This document shows positions 60,907 through 64,000 of a stretch of DNA of 64,000 bases, piece after piece (positions within the stretch are counted from its first letter, which is position 1; every line of letters starts with the position of its first letter). The DNA comes from Octopus sinensis (lineage: Eukaryota). The notes under the pieces are model-generated. The model did not search any database and was not told the origin of the DNA. It saw only the letters and a list, made by a program, of their open reading frames with translations. The position numbers and the translations under genes were made by a program. Location of the stretch: contig NW_021833461.1 in NCBI RefSeq assembly GCF_006345805.1, forward strand, positions 9,540 through 73,539, given 5' to 3'.

Positions 60907-63900
60907 AACCCAAGCCGCAGGTGGGACTACCCACTATATATACCAGACCACCACAGCAAACAGACACAGGATGGACACCGCCGGCAACAACGTACACCTC
61001 ACCTCGATACTCCTACTGAACATCAGAGGACTGCAAACACGCAGTAACAGGACAAAGATCCCGTCCTGAGAGACTTTGTTGCATGCAATCAGCCTTATGC
61101 ATAGCACTTACAGAAAAGCACCTCTAACCGGACAGAGCAGATGCGGAGTTACACATACCGCAGTATGCTGTACTACGGACCGACAGGAAAGAAAGGAGTC
61201 ATGGAGGTGTTGCTATGTACATCCGTGAGGACCTCACACCCAGGTCCTCTTGTTATACTCAAACTCGATGTGTGACACACTAATTATACATATTAGGCAA
61301 CTTGAGTAGTTGTGTGTGTGCTACATATCGCCCTCCAGATGCCCAAGCCATGTGGGCAAGTTTGAAGACTGCCTTATAAAAATAGAAGAAATTCTAACCA
61401 CATTAGAACAACACATAGGTGTGCTTCTATGGGAGACTTCAATCTGCCCAATGTCAGATGGCCCGAGGGCCTTTCTCTCCCAGGAATGACAAGATGTGAA
61501 CGAGGACAGGCGAGGTCCCTCCTGAACCTCATCAAACCCTGTACATGGAGCAGGTAATACTCCAACAACCAGGGCAGGTAACACACTGGATCTCTGCTTC
61601 ACAAATGACATGGATCTCATCCATAATGTGAAAGTGACACCGACACTACTCTCGGATCACAACATGATAGAGCTGACCATGTACGGGCCAAAAGAGAGCA
61701 CGGACATGCAGCCTACAAGAAACCCTCAAAATCTTTCCAGCTTGAACTACCATAAGGCAACTGGAAACAAATTGAGAAAGAGATCCTCAAACAAAACTGG
61801 CCTAAATGTCTCTCCTCGCCAGACATCGACGTGAAACTTCAACAATTCATGTCTGTAATGCAAGCCATATGCTACAAATGTGTCCCAGAGAGAAAGGCCA
61901 CTGTACACAAGAACAAAATCCCCAGAGAGAGGAAAATTTAATGAGACGGCGTACGAAATTTTCAAATCGCCTAAACAAACAGATTGAAAGCAGTGAAAAG
62001 TCCCGCCTAAAATAAAACTATGGGAAATCGAAAAATGTCTGCAACTCTCCCATGAAAAAGAAAGAGCAGACAAAGAAGCCTGGGCTATAGAAAACATAAA
62101 ATCAACCCCGGAGCTTTCTACAGGTATGCCAAAGAAACAGCTACAGTGCACTGTAGAATAGGGCCACTCTCGAAAGGATGGCACACTTACAGGAAACCAA
62201 TGAGGGTAAGTGAAATACTGAATGAGCAATTCAAGAGTGTTTTCACTCCACCCCTTGGGCATCTCCAAATCACCAATCCAATCCAACTGACTTTTTTACC
62301 ACTGCAGATATAAAATCAGAGGCGGCGACGATAGATTACATCGATATAAAGGAAGACGATGTAACCAAGGCTATAGATGAAATGAAAACAGACTCAGCTA
62401 CTGGCCCCGATGGATTCCCGGCAATCCTCCTAAAAGCATGTAAGAGAGTCCTAGCAAGACCACTGCAGTTCCTCTTTCAGAGCTTCCTTGCAGCTGGCAA
62501 ACTTCCAGGAAAACTGAAGGAAGGTAAAATATGCCCCATTCATAAAGGAGGTAGCAGAGCGGAAGCCAAGAACTATAGACCTATCTCTCTGACCTCACAC
62601 ATCAGCAAGGTCATGGAACGAATAGTCAGAAGGAAGCTGATCACCTTCCTTGAAGAGAATGACTTGCTGCCCGACACCCAACATGGTTTCCGACCAGGAA
62701 GAAGCTGCTTAACTCAGCTCCTACAACACTATGACTGGGTGCTGAAACGGCTGCTCAACCACTCAAATGTGGAAGTGATATATCTCGACTTTGCAAAGGC
62801 CTTTGATAAAGTCGATCATGGAATGATATGTCACAAACTGCGTGATAGTTGGAAAACTGGGAGAATGGCTTCATGACTTTCTGAAGGATAGAAGTCAGGT
62901 GGTAGTAGCCAATGGGGCCACCTCATTTAACACACAAATAGTGAGCGGTGTTCCGCAGGGCACTGTTCTGGGACCACTACTGTTCATAATGGCCCTCTCA
63001 GACATGCCCTCAGCCACGCAGAGAGCCACGATCACAAGTTATGCAGATGATACAAAAGTTTCACAGGCAATACAGAACCCTGAGGACACTAAACACCTGC
63101 AATGTGAGCTGGACGAATATACAAGTGGGCTGAAAGAATAGCATGCAGTTCAATGCTGGAAAGTTTCAAGCTTTATACTATCAGCATGCAAAACTGAATG
63201 CAATACCCAATGAATACACTGGACCCGGAGGGATTGCAATCCAAGAGGCACAATCAGTGCGTGACCTGGGTATTCACATGAGTGATGACGCGACCTTTCA
63301 TGTACATTTTGCTAAACTGACAATGAAATGTAGACGGCTGGCTGGCTGGATTCTTAGAACCTTAGAACAAGAGAACAAGAAACCATGATGGTCCTCTGGA
63401 AGACACTTGTCCTAAGCCACATTGACTATGCTCTCAGCTATGGTCACCATCCAGTGTCAAGTTGATCACAGAACTTGAGGCGCCCAACGAAGCTACACAA
63501 AGAAGATAGCTCTATGCAGAATGTAAGCTACTGGGAAAGACTCAAGAGATTAAAATTATATTCCCTGGAGCGTAGGCGGGAAAGATATGCCATAATATAC
63601 ATCTGGAAGATCCTGGAGGGAAGTGTCCTGAACTTTGGCATCGAGAGTTACGCAAACGCCAGAACTGGGCGCCACTGCGTGGTGCCTAGGACTCCAAACC
63701 TGCCATCAAGATGTAGGACAAGATTCTGTGATAGCCTGGGCTTCCGAGGCCCACAGCTCTTCAATATCCTCCCGAAGAACCTGAGAGACCGGCATGGGGT
63801 GGATACAGATGTCTTTAAAATGAAGCTGGATCTCTTCCTGTCAGGTGTCCCAGATGAACCAACTTCACGGCAGGAGGGGCAGATGAGGGCAGCTGCATCG

Positions 63901-64000
63901 AACTCTCTCATGCACCAAATAGCAGTTGCTAGAAAAGCCTCCATGAAGTGAAACCAAGTAGCAACACCAAATGGCGGTGCCCCAGCATGAAACTAGAATC
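60907..64000 (+). mobile_element. CR1/L2-group LINE, nearly complete but frameshifted ORF2 (APE+RT) and 3' end
   Basis: ILLLNIRG, GGVAMY, MGDFN, LSDHNMI, ATGPDGFP, DFAKAFDKVDH, SGVPQGTVLGPLLF, YADDTK, LYSLERRRERY; stop at 63951; tail ggcggtgccccagcatg. Confidence 0.94.

Overview
This is AT-rich, repeat-saturated animal DNA; the SINE families and (TA)n/(CA)n/(CATA)n density suggest an octopus, which is inference only. No host gene or intact transposon ORF is supported, and almost all long ORFs in the track are microsatellite artefacts. Recognisable elements: Penelope-like retroelements (one Neptune-type RT+GIY-YIG copy with two further 3' tails; two copies of a second, probably Naiad-type family), five CR1/L2-group LINE pieces, a 5'-inverted RTE, two TIR-bounded hAT transposons plus one transposase remnant, Helitron derivatives, MITEs and many tRNA-derived SINEs. 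The main observation is about 20 type I hammerhead ribozyme (HHR) motifs, found by eye, from about 10 sequence families. Most lie in small non-coding elements (units of ~360-560 bp where measurable) embedded in (TA)n. These occur as monomers with terminal redundancy, tandem multimers or head-to-head foldbacks, and they share stereotyped end points and a covarying 3' hairpin. In several cases the 5' end falls at or near the predicted self-cleavage site. Also notable are a tRNA-headed SINE carrying an HHR and multi-kb CA-rich 'microsatellite' fields that are alignable parts of the Neptune element. Structures were read manually; element boundaries in low-complexity DNA are approximate.
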